This document shows, in pieces, positions 36,582 through 45,106 of a DNA stretch of 64,000 nucleotides. Numbering within the stretch: position 1 is the stretch's first letter; each line of letters begins with the position of its first letter. A program made the position numbers and the translations under genes. The notes beneath the pieces are model-generated. The model saw only the letters and a list, made by a program, of their open reading frames with translations, was not told the origin of the DNA and made no database searches. This DNA is from a virus, in IMG/VR virus record IMGVR_UViG_3300042567_000108, positions 15,357 through 79,356 of that record. The stretch is one strand, 5' to 3'.

Positions 36582-37176
36582 ATTATGGGCTAAGGCCTGG
36601 GCACAAGAACTTGGTGACAAGGACCTGACCAATGCACGTGTTGGTGGTCGAGCAACCAAGGCTAACCCACAGAAGGAAGATGTTAACTTTTGGCAAGCGA
36701 CTGGACCTCAATGGGTACAGGCGTACATTGATTGGCGTAAGGCTAACCCTAACTGGAAGCTGTGGAAAACACCACAGGGCGTACCAGCCATTGAGTTAGC
36801 GATGCTACCTGAATTTGCTGGCGTGCCAGTCAAGATGATTCTTGACAGGGTGTTTGAAGTCAATGGCGAACTGGTTATCGTCGACTTGAAAACCTCTCAG
36901 CAAACACCAACCAATACACTGCAACTTGGATTCTACAAGGTCGGTATATTAAAGACCTTTGGTATCGATGTTAAGTGGGGGACCTATTGGATGGCACGTC
37001 AGCACGGTGTGTCACCTCTTGTTAGCCTCGAGCAGTACACAGAGGATAAACTTGAGTACCTTGTAGCAGGATTTGACAAGGCTCGTAAGGCTGGAATATT
37101 TTTACCGAACACAAACAACTGCCAATATAAATGTGGATTGACAGCACACTGTCAGTTCTCAACGAAGATAGGATAA
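36571..37176 (+). CDS. Cas4/AddB-like PD-(D/E)XK nuclease, C-terminal part
   Basis: ILDRVF, IVDLKT, QLGFY and CQYKC..C motifs. Confidence 0.8.
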   Translation: MQNELWAKAWAQELGDKDLTNARVGGRATKANPQKEDVNFWQATGPQWVQAYIDWRKANPNWKLWKTPQGVPAIELAMLPEFAGVPVKMILDRVFEVNGELVIVDLKTSQQTPTNTLQLGFYKVGILKTFGIDVKWGTYWMARQHGVSPLVSLEQYTEDKLEYLVAGFDKARKAGIFLPNTNNCQYKCGLTAHCQFSTKIG

Positions 37177-37179
37177 CAA

Positions 37180-37596
37180 ATGGAAGAATGGAAACTACAA
37201 GTTAGTTACAAGACACCTGCTGGTGACATGATTAACGTCCGCGCTAACACTGCTGACGAACTAAGTGTGTTGCTTGAAGGTGTTGGTGACTACTCAACAC
37301 AAGTAGCAGCGGTACAACGATTGGTTGTAGGTGCTTACAATGCAGCCCCTTTGGGGACCACGCCTTCAACTCCAAGCACTACGCAATTCACGTCCTCCGC
37401 TCCCAGCCAGGGGCAGGGTCCGTCACTTACACCTCCACCAAGCGCGGTAACTCCATCAGGAACAGCAAGTCCGACGTGCATACACGGAGCGAGAATCTTC
37501 CGACAGGGAGTGAGCAAAGCCAGTGGAAAGCCTTACGCTTTCTGGGCATGCCCAACCCCACAGGGGACACCCGACCAGTGCAAGCCAGTAAACTAA
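37180..37596 (+). CDS. Replication-associated protein (homolog of 1075..1518)
   Basis: INVRANTADEL and CIHG..WAC..QC. Confidence 0.6.
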   Translation: MEEWKLQVSYKTPAGDMINVRANTADELSVLLEGVGDYSTQVAAVQRLVVGAYNAAPLGTTPSTPSTTQFTSSAPSQGQGPSLTPPPSAVTPSGTASPTCIHGARIFRQGVSKASGKPYAFWACPTPQGTPDQCKPVN

Positions 37597-37677
37597 AACG
37601 TTGATGAGAGAACGCAGCTACCGACGCACACCACAGAAGTGGCTGCGTTCTTTCTACACAGAAGGGAATGAATCAGG

Positions 37678-38460
37678 ATGCGTACACTTGTCCGCTCAGT
37701 TGGTCGTTCCAGTATTGGTGGAGAACCGCTCCCTAGTTGCTTTAAGGCATTCGAAAGTAACAAGATTATCATTAGGCGCTCTGAGGTTTCGATGTTCGCA
37801 GCCGCACCTGGAGTCGGAAAGTCAACACTAGCACTGGCTTTAGCACTGAAGATGAAAGTTCCAACACTTTACATCTCAGCAGATACCAATGCACACACGA
37901 TGGCTATGCGATTAGCCTCAATGATTTCAGGTAAGTCACAGACTGACGTTGAAGCATTGATGAATACAGACCATGGTTGGACAAAGGCAACACTTGCAAA
38001 GGGTAGCCACATTGTATGGTCGTTTGAATCAGCACCAACACTACAAGATATTGATGAAGAAGTGCAAGCCTTCGAAGAACTATGGGGTTGCCCACCAACA
38101 TTGATTGTTGTAGATAACTTAATGGATGTAGCCACCGATGGTGGCGAAGAGTTTGCATCTATGCGTGCAATCATGAAGGAGTTGAAGTATCTTGCGAGGG
38201 CTACTAATGCTGCAGTGGTTGTACTACATCACACTTCGGAGGCTGTCCAAGGTAGCCCGTGTCAACCGCGCTCCGCTATTCAGGGTAAGGTTGCTCAACT
38301 TCCTGCTCTTATATGCACCCTCGGCGTTGTTGGTACTTCTATGGGTGTTGCACCTGTTAAGAATAGATACGGTAGAGCTGACGCAGGAGGAGGACTCATG
38401 ACATGGGTTGCTTTCAATCCTGAGTACATGTTCATTGATGATATACCAGAGAATGTTTAA
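37678..38460 (+). CDS. DnaB/RecA-like helicase
   Basis: AAPGVGKS, LIVVDNLMD, KNRYG; close homolog of 260..1075. Confidence 0.85.
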   Translation: MRTLVRSVGRSSIGGEPLPSCFKAFESNKIIIRRSEVSMFAAAPGVGKSTLALALALKMKVPTLYISADTNAHTMAMRLASMISGKSQTDVEALMNTDHGWTKATLAKGSHIVWSFESAPTLQDIDEEVQAFEELWGCPPTLIVVDNLMDVATDGGEEFASMRAIMKELKYLARATNAAVVVLHHTSEAVQGSPCQPRSAIQGKVAQLPALICTLGVVGTSMGVAPVKNRYGRADAGGGLMTWVAFNPEYMFIDDIPENV

Positions 38461-38468
38461 GGAGAATA

Positions 38469-38645
38469 ATGCTAATGGAAAAGACGCTTAAGATTATGAA
38501 GCAAGAAGCATATGTCGAAGGTTGGCAAGATGCAGTAGCTGCATTAACTAAAGAGTACGAAGATAGATTACGTTCAGTCATTGAGAAGTTCGAACTACCA
38601 AAGGAATACGAAGTAGATGACGACACGGAAAAGCCACAAGGCTAG
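38469..38645 (+). CDS. Small hypothetical protein (58 aa, not in ORF track)
   Basis: MLMEKTLKIMKQEAYVEGWQDA...; AAGGAG RBS. Confidence 0.55.
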   Translation: MLMEKTLKIMKQEAYVEGWQDAVAALTKEYEDRLRSVIEKFELPKEYEVDDDTEKPQG

Positions 38646-38985
38646 AGGTGCAACCTTTGAAACCGACATCAGAGATTGGTTTCGAGCAAATGGATACGAT
38701 AGTGAACGACTTGCTCGAACAGGTGCAAGAGATGAGGGCGACGTTGTTGTCCGCAAAGACTTCCTTGGAAGCATTGGCATCATCGAATGTAAAGCACCAG
38801 GTGCAGGCAACGCCATTGACCTTAGTGGGTGGACGAAAGAAGCACAGATTGAAGCAACGCATTATGCGGAAGCAAGGGGTATCGACCGTGACACCGTCCT
38901 CCCAGCGTTACTTATCAAGGCTAGAGGAAAGTCAATAGCAGATTCATATTTAGTATTACGATTAGGAGATGTATTCGGTGAATGA
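38617..38985 (+). CDS. Holliday junction resolvase-like nuclease
   Basis: KARGATFE, DEGDV, IIECKA. Confidence 0.7.
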   Translation: MTTRKSHKARGATFETDIRDWFRANGYDSERLARTGARDEGDVVVRKDFLGSIGIIECKAPGAGNAIDLSGWTKEAQIEATHYAEARGIDRDTVLPALLIKARGKSIADSYLVLRLGDVFGE

Positions 38986-39343
38986 TTTACCCAGCATCAA
39001 GGCTGTACTAGAACACTATGGTGCTAGTATGCGTCGCGACCATGGGCAAGTCAATCTTAAGTGTCCGTTTCATGGTGACTCACATCAAAGTGGAACGGCA
39101 AACTTAGACGAGAACTTATTCGTATGCTTTGCCTGCGGTGTACAAGGAAACAGTTTACAAATCATAGCACAACAAGAAGGATGTGACATACGTGGGGCAG
39201 CAAAATTCGCAGAAGGAACTCTTGGGCATAGCGTCCAAAAAGTACCAGGAAAGCATCTATCAGGCAGAGGTCTACCTTCGAAGCAGAGGTATAACTCTGG
39301 AGGTAGCGCGGTTGGCACGATTAGGCGTAGTCGCGGAGCCTGA
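38978..39343 (+). CDS. Primase zinc-binding (CHC2) domain protein
   Basis: CPFHGD..F.CFACG. Confidence 0.8.
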   Translation: MNDLPSIKAVLEHYGASMRRDHGQVNLKCPFHGDSHQSGTANLDENLFVCFACGVQGNSLQIIAQQEGCDIRGAAKFAEGTLGHSVQKVPGKHLSGRGLPSKQRYNSGGSAVGTIRRSRGA

Positions 39344-39821
39344 ACCAGGACACGAACAATATACTGGCAGGCTTAGTATACCTTATGTAACTAAGTCAGG
39401 CATTGTAGACATACGCTTTCGCTCACTCAACCCTGCCGTTGAACCTAAGTACATGGGTATGGTAGGAGCTGATACTAAGATGTACAATGTGTTAGACATT
39501 GAACGAGCAGGTGATTGGATTGGAGTATGCGAAGGTGAACTCGATACACTTACTATGTCTCGTTGTGTTGGCATACCTTGTGTTGGAGTACCAGGTGCAA
39601 ACAGTTGGAAGAAACACTACACACGATTGCTTGCTGACTTCGAACGAATCTTTGTATTCGCAGATGGTGATGGGCCAGGCAGGGAGTTCGCAAACAGTTT
39701 GGCTCGAGAGTTGCCAGTCACCATTGTTGGATTCGGCGACGGAGAAGATGTTAATTCGGCATATACCAAATACGGAGCATCATTTATTAAAGAGAAGATG
39801 GGATTAACAAATGAAGAATAA
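39183..39821 (+). CDS. Primase TOPRIM catalytic domain protein
   Basis: YL.SRGI, IPY, KY, VCEGELD, FADGD.PG, D.N. Confidence 0.85.
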   Translation: MTYVGQQNSQKELLGIASKKYQESIYQAEVYLRSRGITLEVARLARLGVVAEPEPGHEQYTGRLSIPYVTKSGIVDIRFRSLNPAVEPKYMGMVGADTKMYNVLDIERAGDWIGVCEGELDTLTMSRCVGIPCVGVPGANSWKKHYTRLLADFERIFVFADGDGPGREFANSLARELPVTIVGFGDGEDVNSAYTKYGASFIKEKMGLTNEE

Positions 39822-40149
39822 GATTAATCCTTGTCCAGAATGTGGACAGCACTTTGATAATGTGTTCGAAGCAACAGACCATCTACTTGAAGATGATGAA
39901 GAGTTCGACCCAGCATTGGTATTGCCTAACGGCTATCGCCTTATGATTGGTTCGTTGTTACGTTGTATGTACCGCTACGCAGAGCAACCTGAACAGATAC
40001 GAACGATAACACAGGACACGTACATGACCCTGTTCTCCGCAGAGACAGACCCAGGTACAGTACTTGAAGTTATTGAAGATATGATTGTTGGCTCTAGCAT
40101 GGTAGGAATTGATGATGAACTTAAACAGCTACTCGAAGATGGAGAGTGA
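39811..40149 (+). CDS. Hypothetical protein with a CxxC..H motif
   Basis: CPECG..DHL. Confidence 0.65.
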   Translation: MKNKINPCPECGQHFDNVFEATDHLLEDDEEFDPALVLPNGYRLMIGSLLRCMYRYAEQPEQIRTITQDTYMTLFSAETDPGTVLEVIEDMIVGSSMVGIDDELKQLLEDGE

Positions 40150-40155
40150 AGAGAT

Positions 40156-40542
40156 ATGGCAGATTATCCAATACGTATCAGGACTGGGATTGAAGATACA
40201 GTCGTATCACAAGGAAAACACTCAGCTAAAAATAACTTTAACAATACCGCTATTGCACGCGAAGTCCACCTAGAGGTGCACCTTAGCAACACAATCAATG
40301 AGTTGTCTGAGTTGTTGCTGAGCAAGCATAAGGACTATGGTCCTAAGAATATTTCCCAAGCACCAGGTGGTGCAATCAATGGTCTGCGTGTACGTATGCA
40401 TGATAAGTTAGCACGAATCAATAACCTGATTGACAGTGGTGCAAACCCTGAGCACGAATCCTTAGAAGATTCCTTCAAGGACATGGCTAACTATGCAATC
40501 ATTGGGTTGCTGGTTTTACGAAAGCAATGGGACAATGACTAA
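40156..40542 (+). CDS. Nucleotide modification-associated domain 1 (DUF1599-like) protein
   Basis: KHKDYG..VRMHDKLAR..ESLEDSFKDMANYAII. Confidence 0.75.
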   Translation: MADYPIRIRTGIEDTVVSQGKHSAKNNFNNTAIAREVHLEVHLSNTINELSELLLSKHKDYGPKNISQAPGGAINGLRVRMHDKLARINNLIDSGANPEHESLEDSFKDMANYAIIGLLVLRKQWDND

Positions 40543-40945
40543 CAAATCTTCATTCGATTTAGACTTTGGATACGGACGCAAGGGCGAGCAGTTAGTAGAT
40601 GAGTTGCTTACTGGTGGACGTACTGTCGAAGTAAAGCGTGACCGCAAGTGGGCTAAGACTAACAACCTATACATTGAGACTGAGTGCTTCTTCAAGAAGA
40701 TTGAGGACTGGGCACCATCAGGGTTAGGTGTGACAGAAGCAGCATACTGGGCGTTCGTGCTTGAAGAGAGCACACTCATTGTCCCAACAGATGCGTTGCG
40801 TTATGCAGTTAAAGAATTTGGTAGAGAGATTACGTGTAACATCCCACCTAATTTGTCTAAGGGATTCTTAATTACAGTAGATGATTTAATGTCAGCGACA
40901 CGACTATACAAGAGAGCAAAGGCAGATGAACTGGCAACAAATTGA
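40535..40945 (+). CDS. Restriction-endonuclease-fold phage protein
   Basis: FDLD..G..GE..VEVKRD..T.NLYIE..SGL..T.A.YW. Confidence 0.6.
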   Translation: MTNKSSFDLDFGYGRKGEQLVDELLTGGRTVEVKRDRKWAKTNNLYIETECFFKKIEDWAPSGLGVTEAAYWAFVLEESTLIVPTDALRYAVKEFGREITCNIPPNLSKGFLITVDDLMSATRLYKRAKADELATN

Positions 40946-41618
40946 GCCTTGGGAATATGTAATTACGGCAGTAGCCTCTGAATATCATCGTAAGTTTGAC
41001 ATGGTTGAACTCGAAGATATCAAGCAGAGTTTATATGAGTGGTTTGCTAAGCACCCTAACAAGGTGGCTGAGTGGGAGAAGATAGGTAACAAGGATGCAA
41101 AGAACCTTATCTATCGTAGCCTTCGCAACCATGCATTAGATTATTGTCAGAGATGGAAGGCTAAGAGTGTCGGATATGACGTGTCGGATATCTATTACTA
41201 TGAGGCAGATGTTGTAGAAGCACTGCTCCCTGCTGTGTTGCGTAGTGAGTATGGTGTTACTCATAAGTTAAACTTGGGTAGACCAGGGCGACCAAGCGCC
41301 CCTTCTGAGGGTGGAAACTTATCTGTCATGATGATGGAGATAGACTCCGCATACTGGAAGTTGAGTAAGGAGGATAGAAAGATACTCTTCTTCCGATATG
41401 CAGAGTCTATGGACTACAAAGAGATAAGCAATTACTTATCACTAGGTAGTGATGACGCAGCACGCATGAGAGGTAACAGAGCTGTCAAGCGACTGGTCAA
41501 TAAACTTGGTGGCTTCAAACCATTCTATGATAACGACATCATGGAGCCCACGGAAACAGAGCCATCAGAAGACTCATCATACCAAGAATTAGGTACACCG
41601 CAAGAGTCAGAACAGTAA
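40926..41618 (+). CDS. Sigma70-like (ECF-type) transcription factor
   Basis: EDIKQ..LRNHALDY region-2-like segment; LSKEDRKILFFRY..MDYKEIS..L region-4 HTH. Confidence 0.7.
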   Translation: MNWQQIEPWEYVITAVASEYHRKFDMVELEDIKQSLYEWFAKHPNKVAEWEKIGNKDAKNLIYRSLRNHALDYCQRWKAKSVGYDVSDIYYYEADVVEALLPAVLRSEYGVTHKLNLGRPGRPSAPSEGGNLSVMMMEIDSAYWKLSKEDRKILFFRYAESMDYKEISNYLSLGSDDAARMRGNRAVKRLVNKLGGFKPFYDNDIMEPTETEPSEDSSYQELGTPQESEQ

Positions 41619-41671
41619 AGAATGTTACCACTATGATTGCGAAGGCACGGAATGTACTAGTACTGCGCTTT

Positions 41672-41890
41672 CTACTCTGCATCAGGGTCAAACTCCCTGT
41701 CGAAGTCAACCTCTGAGTCTATCATCTCTTGTATCATACCTTCCAAGTCCAACTCTGCTGGGTCAACATGTAACGCTTCCCCATTTACATTGTAGAACTC
41801 TTCAATCTCTTTCATGCTAGCAAACTGTAGCTCATCAGACTGTAAGTCACAGGCTGAACAACCACCAGCTTCGCATACTTCACATACCAT
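41672..41890 (-). CDS. Acidic hypothetical protein
   Basis: N-terminal CxxC..CxxC; AGGAGG RBS. Confidence 0.55.
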   Translation of the reverse strand: MVCEVCEAGGCSACDLQSDELQFASMKEIEEFYNVNGEALHVDPAELDLEGMIQEMIDSEVDFDREFDPDAE

Positions 41891-41893
41891 TTG

Positions 41894-42070
41894 CTATCCT
41901 CCTGTTGAATAGAATCCACTGCCATTAAACTTGACAGGTGGTGCACTGTACACCCTTACCATTGGCTCATTACAACTGTCGCAGTAAGGTATGATTTCCT
42001 GTTCGGTCATACCCCTACTGATTGTGATAGTGCTTGAGTCAACCTCACACTTGTATTCATAGCTAGCCAT
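41894..42070 (-). CDS. FmdB-like zinc-ribbon protein
   Basis: YEYKC..CDSC..M.RVYS..F.GSGFYST. Confidence 0.75.
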   Translation of the reverse strand: MASYEYKCEVDSSTITISRGMTEQEIIPYCDSCNEPMVRVYSAPPVKFNGSGFYSTGG

Positions 42071-42245
42071 TTGCTTCTTCCTCTCCAGCCCATGGGTCTC
42101 TGTACCTGTACTGTCTTTCCATGTCACGATTGATTGCATCTAGCAGAGCACTAGGTATTCTTAGAGTTGGTGGCTCTATCATTAATGTTCGATACTCTTC
42201 ATCGCGCTCGCGCTTCTTAACTATATGATGTAGAAACTCAGTCAT
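42063..42245 (-). CDS. Hypothetical protein (MTEFLH leader)
   Basis: ORF in operon. Confidence 0.55.
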   Translation of the reverse strand: MTEFLHHIVKKRERDEEYRTLMIEPPTLRIPSALLDAINRDMERQYRYRDPWAGEEEANG

Positions 42246-42462
42246 CTTCTATCTCCGTTCCTTCTGGTGTTGGTGCTGTTGCTAGTGTACCACACTCAGC
42301 GCATTCCATGTCAAGGAAGTACATACCAATCTCTCCGTCATCATCAAAGATAGTCTTGAGATTCCAAATCTCACAACCACATGGGCACACTAGTGTAGGC
42401 TCACCGCGTATGTCCATAGCCTGTGTATAATCAGGCTTCATTTCCGTTACATGCTTAGCCAT
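42238..42462 (-). CDS. Zinc-binding actinophage protein
   Basis: DIRGEPT.VCPCG..YFLD.ECAECG...TAPTP. Confidence 0.7.
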   Translation of the reverse strand: MAKHVTEMKPDYTQAMDIRGEPTLVCPCGCEIWNLKTIFDDDGEIGMYFLDMECAECGTLATAPTPEGTEIEDD

Positions 42463-42474
42463 AATCTATCCTCT

Positions 42475-42585
42475 CTATAAATCATCATAGCAAATACCAC
42501 ATACCCACCATGAAAGCAGTTCCAATAACTCACTCTCGGGTGTTGGTTCTTCACACCGAGTGCAGTTAATTGTTTCTTCCTCCAT
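42475..42585 (-). CDS. Zinc-finger microprotein (36 aa, not in ORF track)
   Basis: MEEETINCTRCEE..WVCGICYDDL. Confidence 0.55.
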   Translation of the reverse strand: MEEETINCTRCEEPTPESELLELLSWWVCGICYDDL

Positions 42586-42977
42586 TAGTAGTTACCATTC
42601 CTTTTCCAATGAGTCCATGCATCGCATGGTGTGCCGTATCTGTAGAAAATGTAATCAAGCCCACGCTCTATCTGTCGTGGTGCTGGTGTGTCAGGGTCAA
42701 GCCCCAACAGTTGTGGAATCCCACCCGCATGCTTCCCCATTACACGGATAGGATTAAAGGCATCAGGATTCCAAGCGGATTCCTTACCCCACAATCTGTT
42801 GAGACATGACACCTGATTATCTTTCCACTCGTTGAGTTTATCTCTAGCGTATGCCTTGCTATCTGCCTTACTCCAAATGACTTGCACGCCTTTGTCTGTT
42901 GTGTCCGTGGCTGTCTTTGAGTTGTCGGTTAATAGCAGAGCTACTACTACGAGCAGTAAGAATGTTAGTGATTTCAT
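42585..42977 (-). CDS. Secreted/anchored lytic transglycosylase-like protein
   Basis: Signal/TM segment; LWGKESAW, GIPQ, GLDYI..RY; homolog of 4979..5407. Confidence 0.75.
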   Translation of the reverse strand: MKSLTFLLLVVVALLLTDNSKTATDTTDKGVQVIWSKADSKAYARDKLNEWKDNQVSCLNRLWGKESAWNPDAFNPIRVMGKHAGGIPQLLGLDPDTPAPRQIERGLDYIFYRYGTPCDAWTHWKRNGNY

Positions 42978-43303
42978 TTGGTAGTTGCCCTTACTCTGTG
43001 TGCGAAGTTAATCATAGACCTGCGATTGTTCCATGTTAATGGGACAGATGCAAGTAGGACACGCTCACCAGGTAGAGTGCCTCCCCAAATACCATTGTCT
43101 AAGTTCTCTCGTTTCATACCCTCAGTAAAGCATTCAGCCTTGGCTGGGCATGCGTTACAGATAGATAGCGCGGTCTTTACGTTAGCGATACGTTGCTTGT
43201 ACTCTGGACTATTTTCATTGACGCGATTGTTCTCAGCGTCGCTGTCGATAGACTCGCTGAACCATAGGTCAGGGTTCTCATGACCTGTGCATAGACCTTG
43301 CAT
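42974..43303 (-). CDS. whiB: WhiB-family transcription factor
   Basis: Four Cys (C..CxxC.....C), PDLWF, GIWGG. Confidence 0.85.
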   Translation of the reverse strand: MQGLCTGHENPDLWFSESIDSDAENNRVNENSPEYKQRIANVKTALSICNACPAKAECFTEGMKRENLDNGIWGGTLPGERVLLASVPLTWNNRRSMINFAHRVRATTK

Positions 43304-43313
43304 ACTCTATCTC

Positions 43314-43421
43314 CTATCTCTCTAGTGCTATCTCTGTCATCTCGTCGAATTCTTCGTCGAGTTCTTCTTCATCATCATGCCCTAATGCTATGTCGTCGTC
43401 AAGTGGTGGCTCGTAACTCAT
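43314..43421 (-). CDS. Acidic microprotein (35 aa, MSYEPPLDD...)
   Basis: Hand translation; GGGGAG RBS. Confidence 0.65.
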   Translation of the reverse strand: MSYEPPLDDDIALGHDDEEELDEEFDEMTEIALER

Positions 43422-43430
43422 GTTCTCCCC

Positions 43431-43622
43431 TTAGTGTAGTACTGGTCGGTAGATAGGTATGACAGTAGCATTGACCAGCTTGCTACCGAACGTTGTTGCT
43501 TCTTGGATACTAGCGAACACTCCGTATAGTATGCGGTCGCTATCTACTGTGGTTAGCGTTACAAATCCAACAGGTGGCTGTTCGCTACTGTATTCAAATC
43601 CTTGTACTGTTACTGTGCTCAT
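43431..43622 (-). CDS. Hypothetical protein
   Basis: ORF in operon with RBS. Confidence 0.6.
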   Translation of the reverse strand: MSTVTVQGFEYSSEQPPVGFVTLTTVDSDRILYGVFASIQEATTFGSKLVNATVIPIYRPVLH

Positions 43623-43945
43623 TGTCTATCCTCTCTTAGTTGTTGTGTGTGTTCTGACCTACAATCCATGCAGTAATACTTGTATTGTACTGTATTACTT
43701 AGACTAATGTCAAATACCCACCTATGTTCGCAACCAATAGTGCTAAAGATAGCACGCACTAGTCGCCATGACGGGGTATCCCACCAATCTTGAACATTTC
43801 GTATAACTTCAGGCAGATTATAGATAAGGTTACTATAACATGCTGGTATGTATACGCCACGATAGAGTGGAGCGTACTGTGCAGGGAATACTGGTGATGA
43901 TTGACGCTCACGTTGAGCAACAACCTCATGTAGAAACTCTGTCAT
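43619..43945 (-). CDS. Hypothetical protein (MTEFLH leader; CxHxW..CxxC)
   Basis: GGAG RBS. Confidence 0.6.
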   Translation of the reverse strand: MTEFLHEVVAQRERQSSPVFPAQYAPLYRGVYIPACYSNLIYNLPEVIRNVQDWWDTPSWRLVRAIFSTIGCEHRWVFDISLSNTVQYKYYCMDCRSEHTQQLREDRQ

Positions 43946-43970
43946 AGTATCTCCAATCTATAAAGTTAAG

Positions 43971-43998
43971 TGAGCAGTTTTATGTCGTGCTCAGGACA
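43971..43998 (-). ncRNA. Compact H-type pseudoknot candidate
   Basis: TGTC-C-TGAGCA-C-GACA-TAAAAC-TGCTCA. Confidence 0.45.
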
Positions 43999-44011
43999 GG
44001 TGGCGAAGTTA

Positions 44012-44275
44012 TTACGCTTCGAACACCACTTCTGTGTAGCCTGATAGTCTCTCATGTGTAGTGATGAGACCCTTGCTACCAGTAAGGTGCTTGTATGTGC
44101 CGTTGCCTAGTGATACCCACATAGACTTAGGCTTGAAGCGTGTCTGTGAAGGTAGTGCTTTCACGATAGTGCCACGCTTTGGGTAGTCACTTGATGTATC
44201 AACTGCGTTGTATGAAATCTCGTCTGCGATAATGCGTAATTCCTCAGCAAGATTTAGGATTGTGTCGTTAGACAT
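44012..44275 (-). CDS. Hypothetical protein
   Basis: GAGAGG RBS. Confidence 0.65.
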   Translation of the reverse strand: MSNDTILNLAEELRIIADEISYNAVDTSSDYPKRGTIVKALPSQTRFKPKSMWVSLGNGTYKHLTGSKGLITTHERLSGYTEVVFEA

Positions 44276-44290
44276 TTGTTACCTCTCTAG

Positions 44291-45094
44291 TTAGTATAGG
44301 AAATCGGCAAGGCTTCGTTTGCTTTGCCAATCTTTGTTCGGTGTGTAACATAGGCAGTCATCTATCATGATTGAACAATCAAAGCATGACTTGCACATGT
44401 TACAGTAGTACGGGTTGTCTGTCAAATCCGTGGCAGACTCACAGTAGGGGCAGACTTCTAAGTCTACATCTACTGTGTAGTCCCACAGTTTGTCGGTATA
44501 ATCTATGGCTTTGACAGGCTCTAGGTAGGTAGTACGCTTATGACTTTGGTTACTCCACCAGATACCTTCATTGTCCCATGAACCAGCCGACTCGTTGAGT
44601 AGATACATAGGGTGTTGTGCTGCTGGGTCACATGTAATGATAGCAATCTTGCTACCCTTAGCCCAAGTCTCAGCCATAATCCATACGTTATCGTCATCAA
44701 GTGCGGACACGCCACCAATTCTAGGTAGTGTATCCTCAGCGAAGACACGCGTATCACTACGCTTGTCGGACTTGCCGATACTTATGTCAAGCACACCATT
44801 GTGTGCTAAGTAAGTACGCTCATCATCACCAACCTTGAAGGGGTGGCAATTCTGTTCGTTCTTAACACCATGTGTGGCGTATCGTGCATGCCACATGGCG
44901 TAGCCGTCAGGGAATTGCTTGCGTAATTCCAAGAAGCGTGCAATAGATTTTTTAGCAGACATGCTACGCTCTGAGATAATCCTATCACCAGCATGAATAG
45001 CAAAGCCAAATCCGTGTGGATTACTACACGCACCAGCGTGTAAGTCTGCTTTGTTTGGTGTGGAGTTTGGCTCGCACACTACAAGTAAGCACAT
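44291..45094 (-). CDS. Class II (Ntn) glutamine amidotransferase
   Basis: N-terminal MC, NPHGFG, HARYATHG, NCHPF, HNG, SDT. Confidence 0.85.
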   Translation of the reverse strand: MCLLVVCEPNSTPNKADLHAGACSNPHGFGFAIHAGDRIISERSMSAKKSIARFLELRKQFPDGYAMWHARYATHGVKNEQNCHPFKVGDDERTYLAHNGVLDISIGKSDKRSDTRVFAEDTLPRIGGVSALDDDNVWIMAETWAKGSKIAIITCDPAAQHPMYLLNESAGSWDNEGIWWSNQSHKRTTYLEPVKAIDYTDKLWDYTVDVDLEVCPYCESATDLTDNPYYCNMCKSCFDCSIMIDDCLCYTPNKDWQSKRSLADFLY

Positions 45095-45106
45095 AGTATC
45101 ATCTCC

